A stretch of 64,000 bases of DNA from Vicinamibacteria bacterium (lineage in GTDB: Bacteria; Acidobacteriota; Vicinamibacteria; Marinacidobacterales; Marinacidobacteraceae), in assembly GCA_963555995.3 (NCBI GenBank), contig OY821641.1, positions 3,008,001 through 3,072,000 of the forward strand, written 5' to 3'. The position numbers and the translations under genes are program-made. This document shows, piece by piece, positions 28,201-37,112 of this stretch (position 1 is its first letter; the number at the start of each line of letters is the position of its first letter). The notes beneath the pieces are model-generated. The model saw only the letters and a list, made by a program, of their open reading frames with translations, made no database searches and was not told the origin of the DNA.

Positions 28201-28487
28201 AGTTGATCCAGTTGCTCATCACCGGCACCGGCCAGGACCACCTCCGCTGGCCGACGCAGCTTGCCGGGCGGATCCTCTACCTTGCGGGCGTGGTGGCGAC
28301 GAGCGACTTCCGACCGACCGACCAGATGCAGGAGGTTTACGACCAGCTCCACGAGCAGGTGGAAGCCCGCGCCCGAGAGTTCGCCGGGATCGTGGGGTCC
28401 GAGCTGACCGGCGTCAACAGCGCCCTCGACGCCGCCGGGATGCCCGGGGTGGTCCGGGTGGAAGGAAAGGAGTCCGGTTCGCGCTGA
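25257..28487 (+). CDS. Secreted BNR-repeat/VPS10-like glycosyl hydrolase
   Basis: GGAGG RBS, signal peptide MRNALRRHGALLLSLALGLPAAALAQ, FRHIGP, and many Asp-boxes (TEDGGIKW, TDAGETW, TDGGETW). Confidence 0.88.
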   Translation: MRNALRRHGALLLSLALGLPAAALAQPAPDELGGLRFRHIGPVGNRTLAVAGIPGNPDIYYAGAATGGIWKTEDGGIKWRPVFDDQDVHAIGALAVSESDPNIVWAGTGETFIRANVSIGIGVFKSTDAGETWEHRGLDATARIGRIVIHPTNPDIVYAASLGHAYTPQPERGIYRTTDGGETWEHVLFVDEHTGASDLIMDPNNPRILYAGMWHLELKTWTRVSGGPGSGLFVTRDGGDTWTRLEGNGLPELDVGKVALCMSKADSRRVYALIETADGVSLAGEEAESGELWMTSDGAHTWTLQTHNRNLSGRNAYYARCAAAPDDPDETYFLTASYARSLDAGRSHELMRFDDAPGWDHHDMWIDPTDGDRQAVAHDGGVSISLNRGMSWYKIQLPIAQMYHVTVDNDIPYNVLGNRQDGPSTRGPSRAWVSGFIGGGLSRGMWHGVGGGESGFATPDPEDPNIVWSTASGAGAAGGIVTRYDERARQFRQLEVWPESTRGRPAEDLRYRFQWVFPLLISPHDRNTVYVGSQHVHRTTNGGQSWDEVSPDLTTNDKSRQTISGGLTPDNIGVEYCCVIYAIDESPVTEGVLWAGTNDGLIQLTRDGGATWTDVTANVPDMPVDGVVRNIDASKWDAGKAYMTVEAHQVGNFEPHVYRTDDFGASWTKIVNGVADSPLSYTRNVREDPVRPGLLYLGTENFLYVSFDDGDNWQRLANGLPPSPMYWIAVQEHFGDLVVGTYGRGFWIMDDISPLQQWTEEVADSSVHLFQPRGAYRFHPITPPFAHFDDWSEGENPPYGAPISFWLAEAAEDLSIEIRNAVGETIRTLDGKGEKGLNRIWWDLREEASTQAVLRTKPLFADWVTLDEERTRAGTIGRISILAPPGDYTVALRVGDTERTAPLEVRKDPKSEGALEDIAAQTALLRLLRADLETVVGTVNEIEWLRRQVLDRKTLAEETGRVEAIASAVDGLDGSLLAVEEQLIQLLITGTGQDHLRWPTQLAGRILYLAGVVATSDFRPTDQMQEVYDQLHEQVEARAREFAGIVGSELTGVNSALDAAGMPGVVRVEGKESGSR

Positions 28488-28602
28488 TTCGCGGAGCGGT
28501 CCCTCGGCCTCGGGCGCGGCGCCCACCCACAGGTAGGTCGCCGCGCCGTGCTCGCTGAACGGGGAAGTCGAGCCGCGCCGCGTCCGGAACCTCCGAATTC
28601 CG

Positions 28603-28647
28603 GCAGGACGGTTGCGGGAAAAGGGGGTTTTTCCGCAACTGTCCTGC
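28603..28647. other. 20-bp-stem hairpin
   Basis: GCAGGACGGTTGCGGGAAAA-GGGGG-TTTTTCCGCAACTGTCCTGC (18/20 Watson-Crick pairs). Confidence 0.6.
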
Positions 28648-28737
28648 GGAGAACCCGGACTTCGGGGCGGGGTTCCGCCGCGACCGCGGAGGCGCGCTAA
28701 GGTCCCGCCCCGCTCAGCAATCCAGGAGGGACGTGGC

Positions 28738-29841
28738 ATGGCGCAGTTCGAGGTTCCGGTGGTCCGGGTGGACCGCATCGAAGACCATCCCGGCGCGGAC
28801 GCGCTGGAGATCGCGGTGGTGCGCGGCTACCGCTGCGTCACGAAGATCGGGGCGCACCGGGCGGGCGATCTGGTCGCCTACATCCCCGAGGACGCCATCG
28901 TCCCCGAGGCGCTGATCCGGGAGATGCGGCTCTGGGACGAGGCAAAGGGCCGGGGGATGCTCGCCGGGAAGAAGGGCGACCGGGTGAAGGCGATCCGCCT
29001 CCGGGGCGTCGTCAGCCAAGGCCTCCTCTACCCCGTCGAAGGCCGCGACGAGGGCGAGAACCTCGCCGAGGCGCTCGACATCGTCAAGTACGAGCCGCCA
29101 ATTCCGGTGCACATGCAGGGCGAGGTCTGCAACCTGCGCGGGCGGACGATCCACTACGACATCGAGAGCGTCCAGAAGTTCCCCGGCCTGCTGCAGGACG
29201 GCGAGGAGGTCGTCTTCACCGAGAAGCTCCACGGCACCTGGACCTGCTTCGGGTTCTGGCCCGGACTGGACCACCCGGAGCTCCTCGAGGGCGCGACCAT
29301 CATCACCTCGAAGGGGATGAGCGACACCGGACTCGCCTTCAAGTGGAACGACGCGAACAAGAGCAACCTTTACGTCATGAGCTTCACCGCCGCGATGCTC
29401 GAGGACGGCCGCTGGGACCGGGTACGGGCCGCCGCCGAGCGGACCGGCGAGCCGATCTTCATCCTCGGGGAGACCTTCGGGAAGAAGGTGCAGGACCTCG
29501 ACTACGGCCAGCAGGGCCGCGCCTTCCGCGCGTTCGACGTCTATGTCGGCGAGCCCCGCAAGGGCCGCTACCTCGACTACGACGAGCTGCTCGCGCGGGT
29601 CAAGGGCGAGTGGGGCCTCGACCTGACGCCGCGGCTCTACCGGGGGCCGTTCTCGATGGAGGCGGCGGAACAGCACCGGGACGGGAAGACCACCTTCCGG
29701 GGCGGCCACGTCCGCGAGGGCATCGTCATCGCGCCGGTGAAGGAGCGCGAGTGCCCGGACCTACCGGGGAACCGGGTGAAGCTGAAGTACGTCTCCCCGA
29801 AGTACCTGCTCCGCCGCGGCAACGTCACGGACTTCCAGTAG
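28738..29841 (+). CDS. ATP-dependent RNA ligase, DRB0094/Rnl5-like family
   Basis: N-terminal HPGADALEIA OB-like domain; motifs EKLHGT, GETFG, FRAFDV, REGIVI, KYVSP; AGGAGG RBS. Confidence 0.85.
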   Translation: MAQFEVPVVRVDRIEDHPGADALEIAVVRGYRCVTKIGAHRAGDLVAYIPEDAIVPEALIREMRLWDEAKGRGMLAGKKGDRVKAIRLRGVVSQGLLYPVEGRDEGENLAEALDIVKYEPPIPVHMQGEVCNLRGRTIHYDIESVQKFPGLLQDGEEVVFTEKLHGTWTCFGFWPGLDHPELLEGATIITSKGMSDTGLAFKWNDANKSNLYVMSFTAAMLEDGRWDRVRAAAERTGEPIFILGETFGKKVQDLDYGQQGRAFRAFDVYVGEPRKGRYLDYDELLARVKGEWGLDLTPRLYRGPFSMEAAEQHRDGKTTFRGGHVREGIVIAPVKERECPDLPGNRVKLKYVSPKYLLRRGNVTDFQ

Positions 29842-29886
29842 GGACGCGCCCACGGCGCGCTGGCGGACGCCTTCTGCTGCCCGGCG

Positions 29887-31536
29887 TCAGGGCTCCACGC
29901 CGAAGGCCCGGCAGATCGCGTCCAGCTTTTCCGCGACTTCCGGATGAATCTCCTCCGGAAGCATCCGGTCGGCAATCTCGTGGTAGGCGGTGTAGGGAAC
30001 ATCCCCGAGTCCGGCTGCGGTGAGCAGCGGCGGGATGAGATGCCGCCGGGCCTTGGTCGCCTTGAGGAACTCGTGGTCACCGAGGGGGTCGGCGACCATC
30101 GCGGGCGGGAACTGCGCGTGGAGGAAGGAGCGCATGGCGTCCACCCGTGCGGCTGCATCCGCCGCCGGGGAGCGGGCTTCGATGAACCGGGCGAGGGCGT
30201 CCGGATGGAACAAATAGCTCTCGATCTCGTAGCGCCGCCAGCGGAGGCGCTGCAGGCCCCCGCCGGTGATGGCGGTGTCCGGGACGTCCGGATGCGCGTC
30301 TCCATCCAGCAGTTCGAGCCCCGGCAGGTCTTCACGCACAAGACGCATCGCCTCGTAGTGGTCGCGTGACCGGATTCCGGACGCGCCTCGCCCGGGATCG
30401 AACACGACCGGCTTCCACAGGATCTCGGTGAGCAGCAGCCGGTGCGCACGGTGCCCCAGGCGCGCGGCCCACGCTCTCAGGATGTTGATGTCCGTGAAGT
30501 TCTCCACATAGAGCACGCCTTTCGCTTCCGAGGCCGCGACGATGTCCGCGTTGCCCAGCACGCGGAGTGAGGAGATCAGGCGGTTCCGCTCCTCCGTGTC
30601 CGCGACCATCCGTGGAGTGCCTACGGTCAGACACAGTTCCCGCGGTTCGACGGCGGAAACCACGACTTCTGAATGGGTGGCGACGATCAGTTGCGAATCC
30701 TGCCGGGCGGCCAACGTCCGCAGTTCGCGATAGATGGCGTCCTGCAGGATCACATGAAGGTGCGCGTCGGGCTCGTCCACGAGCAGGACCGCACCTTTCC
30801 GGGTGTGGAGCAGGGCAAGCAACATGAGCACTTGTTGAAACCCGCTGCCCGCGCTGGTCAGGTCCAGTTCCCGTTTGCCTCCCGTTTCGCGGTAACCGGC
30901 CCGGATGTCCGGGCCGGAGGCGTCCGGCGCGTTCAGTTCGTATCCGAAGAGCCGGGAAACCACTTCCATGAGCCCGGCCCAGGCAGCGTCGTCGGCGTAC
31001 GCCTCGACGAGCAGATTGCGCAGGACCTCGCCCGGCCGGCCCCGGCCGAGGAGCTGGGTGATCTTCGGAGCCTGGAAGACGGGTTCCTCAACGGCGAGCC
31101 CGGTCATCGGAGGAATGAACACGACCGGCAGCACGATCTCCCGGAGCAACCGGGGGTCGGCGTCCCAACGGGGCCGTACGTATGCCTGCTCGGAGCTGTT
31201 GAACTTGACTTCAACCGCGACGGTCCAACCACTTCCATGCTCGATTTCGATCTCTATGTCCCTTCCCGGGCGACGATTGGTCCACAGGAGGTCGAAGTTG
31301 CGCAGCGGCACCGCAGTGAACGCCTGCCGAGCGATCGGAGCGCGCTGGTAGCCACGGCGGGGGTTGAAGTTACGGAGTTCCCTCCAGCGGTCGAGGACCA
31401 GCGCCCAAGCGGAGACGGCCTGCAGCAGCGTGGTTTTCCCCGTGTTGTTCGGCCCCGCCAGCACCACATGCCCCGGCAGGCGGAACTCGGTGTCGTCGAA
31501 CCGCTTGAACCCGCGGATCCGGACCCGGCGGATCAT
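29887..31536 (-). CDS. ABC-type ATPase with C-terminal TOPRIM-like domain (OLD-family-like)
   Basis: IRGFKRF, GPNNTGKT, GSGFQQ, VDEPDAHLH and ATHS, followed by YVENFTD...LDGD...RYEIESYL. Confidence 0.75.
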   Translation of the reverse strand: MIRRVRIRGFKRFDDTEFRLPGHVVLAGPNNTGKTTLLQAVSAWALVLDRWRELRNFNPRRGYQRAPIARQAFTAVPLRNFDLLWTNRRPGRDIEIEIEHGSGWTVAVEVKFNSSEQAYVRPRWDADPRLLREIVLPVVFIPPMTGLAVEEPVFQAPKITQLLGRGRPGEVLRNLLVEAYADDAAWAGLMEVVSRLFGYELNAPDASGPDIRAGYRETGGKRELDLTSAGSGFQQVLMLLALLHTRKGAVLLVDEPDAHLHVILQDAIYRELRTLAARQDSQLIVATHSEVVVSAVEPRELCLTVGTPRMVADTEERNRLISSLRVLGNADIVAASEAKGVLYVENFTDINILRAWAARLGHRAHRLLLTEILWKPVVFDPGRGASGIRSRDHYEAMRLVREDLPGLELLDGDAHPDVPDTAITGGGLQRLRWRRYEIESYLFHPDALARFIEARSPAADAAARVDAMRSFLHAQFPPAMVADPLGDHEFLKATKARRHLIPPLLTAAGLGDVPYTAYHEIADRMLPEEIHPEVAEKLDAICRAFGVEP

Positions 31537-31742
31537 CTTGCCCCTGGGAGTCGAGCGTGAGGGCGGACGGCGACGGGCACGGCGGGCAGTTCCCGTACCC
31601 TACCGAATCGGGGCGGAGCGAATTGGCACGGAGCCGTTGAGCCCGCCATCCATTGGATGGCGCGCACTGGCCCGGAACGCCAAACTCCAGGGTACGATCC
31701 AAACCAGCCGGGATGCGAACGCCGGGTCCCTTGCGTCCAATC

Positions 31743-32654
31743 GTGCCGATCAACGATTTCGCCGTCCGCCAAGCAGCGTTCGCCTGGCTTGCCGAGCAGA
31801 AGGCGATCCACGGACCGGTTCTCCCGACCACGCTGCTGATTACAGGGTTCGAGGTCGAGGGGCAAAGGGTTTCCATCATGAACCGGCCAAGAGGCATTTT
31901 TCGGCCGCGACAGTGCGAGCTTCCACTCTCGGTCAAAACCTCTTTGACCAGCCCGTACGCAGACTGCTGGACCCCGGACGGCTCTCTCCTTTATTCCTAC
32001 CAAGGCACGGACCCGAATCACCCCAACAACGTCGGGCTCCGCGAGGCTTGTCGCCGACAGATTCCACTCGTCTATTTCTTCGCCGTCGTGAAGGGCCAGT
32101 ATCTGGCCGAGTTCCCCATCTACGTGGTCCACGACGATCCGGCGGCGCTGACCTTCACGCTGCAACTTGACGACCCGAGCACCGTGGTGGAGACCGGTGC
32201 GGCCGAGGGAGTTCAGGAACCGGCAACAGCACGCCGACTCTATCTGACCGGATCCATGCGCGTTCGCCTCCACCAGGCACCCTTCCGGGAGCGCGTCCTC
32301 CGAGCGTACCGCTCACAGTGCGCGGTCTGCCGACTGCGACTGCGGCAGTTGCTCGACGCCGCCCACATCAAACCGGACCACGAGGGAGGGGAGCCGGTCG
32401 TGAGCAACGGGCTCGCGCTCTGCAAGATTCACCACACGGCATTCGACAGGATGTTCCTTGGCATCCGGCCAGACGGCGTGATCCGCATTCATCGTGAGGT
32501 TCTCAAGGCGGAGGATGGCCCGATGCTCCGCTACGGGTTGCAGGAGCTTCACGACCGACCCATTCACGTTCCGCGAAGAACTCAGGATCAGCCCGATCCT
32601 TCGTTGCTCGCTGGGCGTTACGCGGCGTTCGAACAGTCACCGCTGCACCTTTGA
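31743..32654 (+). CDS. HNH endonuclease with SRA-like N-terminal domain (putative restriction nuclease)
   Basis: RLHQAPFRERVLRAY..CAVC..LDAAHI..NGLALCKIHH.AFD. The N-terminal PYAD..LLYSYQG..N..L pattern is SRA-like (inference). The start is uncertain. Confidence 0.8.
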   Translation: MPINDFAVRQAAFAWLAEQKAIHGPVLPTTLLITGFEVEGQRVSIMNRPRGIFRPRQCELPLSVKTSLTSPYADCWTPDGSLLYSYQGTDPNHPNNVGLREACRRQIPLVYFFAVVKGQYLAEFPIYVVHDDPAALTFTLQLDDPSTVVETGAAEGVQEPATARRLYLTGSMRVRLHQAPFRERVLRAYRSQCAVCRLRLRQLLDAAHIKPDHEGGEPVVSNGLALCKIHHTAFDRMFLGIRPDGVIRIHREVLKAEDGPMLRYGLQELHDRPIHVPRRTQDQPDPSLLAGRYAAFEQSPLHL

Positions 32655-32863
32655 GGCGCCCCCCGGGCGAGAGGAGTGCTATGGGCGTTACGTGTTCTTG
32701 GGTTGGACCTGTTTCAGTCACCAACTGGGCAGGAATCCCGTTGGCAGGACGACGATCTCTGAGTGCACCTGCTCCAGAAAAACGTCGCACCGAAGCACCT
32801 GAATTCGATCCGGGGCCTGATTCTGAGCCTTGTCCTCTGGAGCCCTTCGGCTTCAACTGCCCG

Positions 32864-33109
32864 ATGGGACTCTGGTGGAACTACGTGCCGCAGGAGGAGT
32901 ACCTGCCGATTCTGCTGGTGTCCGACTGGCTGCCGCATCTGCACTCCGAAATCGTCACGAAGCGTGAACCGGTGGCCATATTCCACGCGTGGATGGAGTA
33001 CGAAAAGGTGGTGGAAGAACTTCGCAAGGCGAAGGGAGACGCACGCAGGCGACGCCAGATCATGTCGGCCATCTTCGCGGCAGTGGAGGAAATCCGGTCC
33101 TGGCACTGA
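32864..33109 (+). CDS. Small hypothetical protein
   Basis: The 3' half of ORF 32651-33109 has protein-like helical composition (MGLWWNY...EEIRSWH); no motif recognised. Confidence 0.3.
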   Translation: MGLWWNYVPQEEYLPILLVSDWLPHLHSEIVTKREPVAIFHAWMEYEKVVEELRKAKGDARRRRQIMSAIFAAVEEIRSWH

Positions 33110-33146
33110 GGGCGACCCGCGCCGCCGACCGGCGGTCCCGTCTGGC

Positions 33147-34277
33147 CTACGCGTCGCCCAGCCGGTCCAGGATCAGCCGGTCGATCTGCCAGAGCTGGTC
33201 TTCGCGGTTGGAGTAGGGGCCGGGGCGGTAGGCGGAGGACGCGATCCCCTGCTGGGCGAGTTCGGAGACATGCCAGTCCTGGAGGTTCGTGGTGTGCCAA
33301 AACTCCACGGCGCGGCCCGGATCGAAGTCCTCGCGGGAGAGCGCTTCCCCGCTGAACAGCCAGTCGCAGCGGATCGTGGTGCGGTCCATCGCGAGCGGGC
33401 GCATCAGGTAGCGCACCACGTAGTCGGGGTGCAGGCAGAGCATCACGTTGGGGAGCAGGATGTCGTAGCCCACGCGCCGCCGGCCGGCCTCCGAAAGGCC
33501 CGGCAGCGGCGCTCCCACGAGACGCCCGTCGGTGGACATGGTCTCGACGCCCTCCGCCATGTCCATCGCCGAGCCAACCGCGCCGGGGGTCACCGGGTAG
33601 TTCTCGCCGCTCAGGTAGTGGGAGAGGCGCTGGAGCTGGGGGTGGATCACCGGGCAGTGGAGGCACTCGGAGAAGTTCTGGACCACCAGCTTCCAGTTCG
33701 CCCTCAGGTCGTAGCGTTCGGTGTGCGCGGAGCGGAGGTCGCCGATCCCCCACGGCTCGAGCCGGGGGGCGGCGGGGCCGAGTTGCTCCAGCAGTCCCTC
33801 CCCCTCCTCCGCCACCCGCACGAAGACGATCCCGCCCCACTCCTCGCACCGCGCCGAGGCGAGCGGGTAGTCCTCGACCGAGAACCCCTCCACCCGGTCC
33901 ATGTGCGGCGCCCGGCGCAACGTCCCGTCCAGGCCGTAGGTCCACGCGTGGTACGGGCACTGGATGGAGCCCGGCAGACAGCCGCTCGCCGCCTCCACCA
34001 TCCGAGTCCCCCGGTGCCGGCAGACGTTGTGGTGGGCCCGGACCCGGCCGTCCGGGCCGCGCACCACGATCAGGCAGTCGCCCGCGACCTCCACCAGCCG
34101 GTAATCCCCCGGCTCCCGGAGGTCCTCCACCGGACAGGCCGCGTTCCACATCGCGCGGTGGACCCGCTCGCCCTCACGCGCGAAGACCGCCGGATCGGCG
34201 TAGTAGCGGGCGGGCAGCGTCATCGCCCCCGCCGGAGCGGGCGGACGGGTGTCGGCGTACGCCCCGTCGGACGCCAC
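33147..34277 (-). CDS. Rieske non-heme iron oxygenase alpha subunit (betaine/choline monooxygenase-like)
   Basis: CRHRG...CPYHAW Rieske motif, NWK...ECLHCPVIHP mononuclear Fe motif, and QDW. Confidence 0.88.
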   Translation of the reverse strand: MASDGAYADTRPPAPAGAMTLPARYYADPAVFAREGERVHRAMWNAACPVEDLREPGDYRLVEVAGDCLIVVRGPDGRVRAHHNVCRHRGTRMVEAASGCLPGSIQCPYHAWTYGLDGTLRRAPHMDRVEGFSVEDYPLASARCEEWGGIVFVRVAEEGEGLLEQLGPAAPRLEPWGIGDLRSAHTERYDLRANWKLVVQNFSECLHCPVIHPQLQRLSHYLSGENYPVTPGAVGSAMDMAEGVETMSTDGRLVGAPLPGLSEAGRRRVGYDILLPNVMLCLHPDYVVRYLMRPLAMDRTTIRCDWLFSGEALSREDFDPGRAVEFWHTTNLQDWHVSELAQQGIASSAYRPGPYSNREDQLWQIDRLILDRLGDA

Positions 34278-34282
34278 GTCGC

Positions 34283-35485
34283 CTATCCCGCCGCCGGGGT
34301 GGCGCGCTTCCTCGGCGGATCGAAGAACGGCAGAGGCGCCACGTGGGAGCGCGCCCGCCGCCGGCTGTATTCCACCGTCACCTCGATGTCCAGCGGGGTC
34401 CCCGGGCGCTCGTAGCCCCGATCCACGGTGGCGAGCGCGAGCTGCCGCTTGAGGAGGGGCGACCAGGCGACGCTCGTGGCCCGGCCGACCTGCTCGCCGC
34501 CCGCATAGACCGGAACGCCGTCGCGGTTCACCTCGTCGCAGACCTCGGGCGCGAGATCGTCCACCGCGAACAGCCGCTCGAGCTCCATGATCGAGGTCTC
34601 GATCCCCACGAAGAACCGCTCCGGACCCCGCGCCCGCTCGGCCATGAGCGCCGCCTGCCCGATGAACGGCCCCTTCTTCGCGCTCACCGCCCACCCGAGC
34701 CCGACCTCGTAGGGCGTGGACCTCTGCTGGTCGGTGAGCGCGAAGTCCGCGTTCCAGAAGTCCACGTCAATCAGCGGGAAGCCGGCCTCCACCCGCGCGC
34801 GGTCGAGGGCGAGCATCCCCGCGGGGACGAGCCCGCGCGCGTCGCCTGCTTCGAGCAGCAGGTCCCAGAGCGCGACCGCCGCCTCCCGGTCCACCCAGAG
34901 TTCGTAGCCGAGGTCGCCCGTGTAGCCCGTCCGGGTCACGACCACCGGGATCCCGCCGAGCTGCGCTTCCCGGAGCCGGAAGAAACCGAGGTCCGAAAGA
35001 TCCCGGTCCGCGAGGACGTTCAAGATCCCGCAGGACGTCGGCCCCTGGAGCGCGAGCGCCCCGAGTTCCTCGGAGACGTCCTCGATCGCGACGTCCATCC
35101 CCGCCGCCACCCGCTCGAACCAGACGAGCGCCGGGTCCACCGCGGTGGCCCGCACGAAGTCCTGGGCGAAGCGCTGGAAGCAGCCGTCCTGGAGTAGCTT
35201 CCCGCGCTCGTCGCACCAGCCGGAATAGAGCACCTGCCCGACCCGGGAGCGCTTCACGTTGCGGGTGATGAGCCGGTCGGTGAGCGCCGTGGCGTCGGGG
35301 CCGACGAAGTTGTACTTGTAGAGTGGCGAGACATCCATCAGCGCCGCCCCCGAGCGCACCGCGTGGTACTCGGGGTCGTGGAACGGCTCGAAGGCGTTCA
35401 CCACGAAGTAGCCGGCCCACTCCTTCCAGCGCATGCTGGTGCAGAGCGCCTGGGTGCGGGGGTGGAAGGGAGTGCCGCGGGCCAT
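34283..35485 (-). CDS. GcvT-family aminomethyltransferase/demethylase
   Basis: TPFH, DVSPLYK, ALQGP, TRTGYTGDLGYELW and ARVEAG. Confidence 0.88.
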   Translation of the reverse strand: MARGTPFHPRTQALCTSMRWKEWAGYFVVNAFEPFHDPEYHAVRSGAALMDVSPLYKYNFVGPDATALTDRLITRNVKRSRVGQVLYSGWCDERGKLLQDGCFQRFAQDFVRATAVDPALVWFERVAAGMDVAIEDVSEELGALALQGPTSCGILNVLADRDLSDLGFFRLREAQLGGIPVVVTRTGYTGDLGYELWVDREAAVALWDLLLEAGDARGLVPAGMLALDRARVEAGFPLIDVDFWNADFALTDQQRSTPYEVGLGWAVSAKKGPFIGQAALMAERARGPERFFVGIETSIMELERLFAVDDLAPEVCDEVNRDGVPVYAGGEQVGRATSVAWSPLLKRQLALATVDRGYERPGTPLDIEVTVEYSRRRARSHVAPLPFFDPPRKRATPAAG

Positions 35486-35545
35486 GGTGGGGACCGCCCG
35501 GACGGGCGGGACCCGAGAATGGTATTCAGAGGTGTGGCGGTGAGG

Positions 35546-35974
35546 TCACTTCCACATCTTTTCGTCAACCACCCGCATTTCCCGAAGCAAGGCGTTGAAA
35601 TCATCGGCCTCCTCCTGCGTCCAGGTCGCGAACCGGAGCAGGCGCTTGCGGCGGGCTTCCACTTCAACGGCGTCCCTAACAGCCTGTGGCAAAACCCACG
35701 CGGCGTTCGACGGGCGATGCATCCCGGCTGAACCGCGCCTCTACGAGGCGCTCATCGTTGCGTTTCGGTCGGAATACACCCGGTATTCCTCCCTCACGCG
35801 CCTTGTCAGCCGGGCGCCTCGCCCGTCTCGGCACTCACGTGGGTTTCACCACAGACTGCTAAGAATGCGGAGCACCGTCGTGTTCAGGCTCTCGCCCGCC
35901 TCCTCGCTCATGGCGCGCAGGCCCCGCAAGAGGTCCTCGTCCACGTTGCGGATGGTGAGCCGGGTGGAGGGCAT
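35546..35974 (-). pseudogene. FitA-like ribbon-helix-helix antitoxin interrupted by a MITE
   Basis: Removing the MITE and one CTAA gives an intact 81-aa ORF: MPSTRLTIRNVDEDLLRGLRAMSEEAGESLNTTVLRILRDAV...WTQEEADDF...DEKMWK. Confidence 0.8.
35680..35858 (-). mobile_element. 179-bp MITE, copy 4 (reverse orientation, flanked by CTAA)
   Basis: Reverse complement of copies 1-3, with CTAA at 35676-35679 and 35859-35862. Confidence 0.9.
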
Positions 35975-36028
35975 TTCGTCTGGATTGTGACTTCAAACCT
36001 GCACTTGGATAACGGGAGTGAAACGGCC

Positions 36029-36287
36029 GCTGGGAGCGCCGGTCTTCAGACCGGCATCGCCCGCGCAGCGGGCGAAACTCCCGTGGCCAGGAGGCCGGAT
36101 GGCGTACGGCCATCCCGTGTGGCGCTCTGCCATGCGGCGCACAACGATGGGAATTTCGTCCCCCTCCGGGGGACGATGCCGGTCTGAAGACCGGCGCTCC
36201 CAGCCGGCGCTCGGCATCACGACGGTCAGCGCCTCGTGGAAAGTGCTTTTTCATAGCAACCGGGCCGGTCTGGAGACCGGCGCTCCC
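36029..36287. repeat. REPIN-like inverted REP pair plus a single REP
   Basis: GCTGGGAGCGCCGGTCTTCAGACCGGCATC...GATGCCGGTCTGAAGACCGGCGCTCCCAGC, with a third motif at 36264-36287. Confidence 0.75.
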
Positions 36288-36329
36288 GTTCCCTTGTTAC
36301 AGTCCGCCGCACTGGAGGACGGACAATCC

Positions 36330-37112
36330 ATGCGCAACAAGGGACCCGGTCGGCTCGCGCTGCTGGCCGCTCTGCTGCTCGCCGCGCCCGCCGCCGCCCA
36401 GCCGCTGGCCGAGGCCAGCCCCGACGACGTGACCCACGGCAAACGGATCTTCGAGATCCACTGCGCCCGCTGCCACGGCCTCGACGGGGTCGGCGGCGAA
36501 GGACCGAACCTGATGCGGGAGAACCTGCGCCGCTCCACGGAGGACGACGCGCTCATCGAGATCGTGGACAACGGGATCGCCGGCACCGACATGCCGGGCC
36601 ACGGGTCGCTGAACACCCGCGAGATCCGGAACGTCGCCGCCTACGTCCGCTCGCTGGGCGTGGCGCCGCGCGAGGAACTTCCGGGAGACCCGGTGGCGGG
36701 CAAGGACCTCTACGACATGACGCTCTGCTCGACCTGCCACATCACGAACGGCGAGGGGATCGCGCTCGGGCCGGACCTCTCCGACGTCGGCCTGCTGCGC
36801 GGGAGCGCCTTCCTCCGCGAGTCCATCCAGGACCCGCCGAAGGTGGTGAACCCCCGCTACCGGACCGTGCTCCTCGAGACCGCGGACAGCCGCACGGTCA
36901 TGGGAGTGCGCACGGGCGAGGACACCTTCACGGTCCAACTGATTGACGAGGCCGGCCGGCACCGCTCGTTCCGCAAGAGCGACCTGCGCGAGTTCCAGTT
37001 GCTCCCCGAGGAGAGCATGATGATGAGTTACGCCGACTTCACGGACGCGGAACTGAACGATCTGGTCGCCTACCTGATGACCCTGCGCGGCCCCGAAGGA
37101 GGCTCCGAATGA
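36330..37112 (+). CDS. Exported di-heme c-type cytochrome
   Basis: Signal peptide, CARCH and CSTCH, GPDLS; GGAGG RBS. Confidence 0.85.
   Translation: MRNKGPGRLALLAALLLAAPAAAQPLAEASPDDVTHGKRIFEIHCARCHGLDGVGGEGPNLMRENLRRSTEDDALIEIVDNGIAGTDMPGHGSLNTREIRNVAAYVRSLGVAPREELPGDPVAGKDLYDMTLCSTCHITNGEGIALGPDLSDVGLLRGSAFLRESIQDPPKVVNPRYRTVLLETADSRTVMGVRTGEDTFTVQLIDEAGRHRSFRKSDLREFQLLPEESMMMSYADFTDAELNDLVAYLMTLRGPEGGSE

Noticed and set aside
29887-31536. Gabija, Septu or PARIS system call
   Set aside because: No co-oriented partner gene; the HNH gene is divergent and looks stand-alone.
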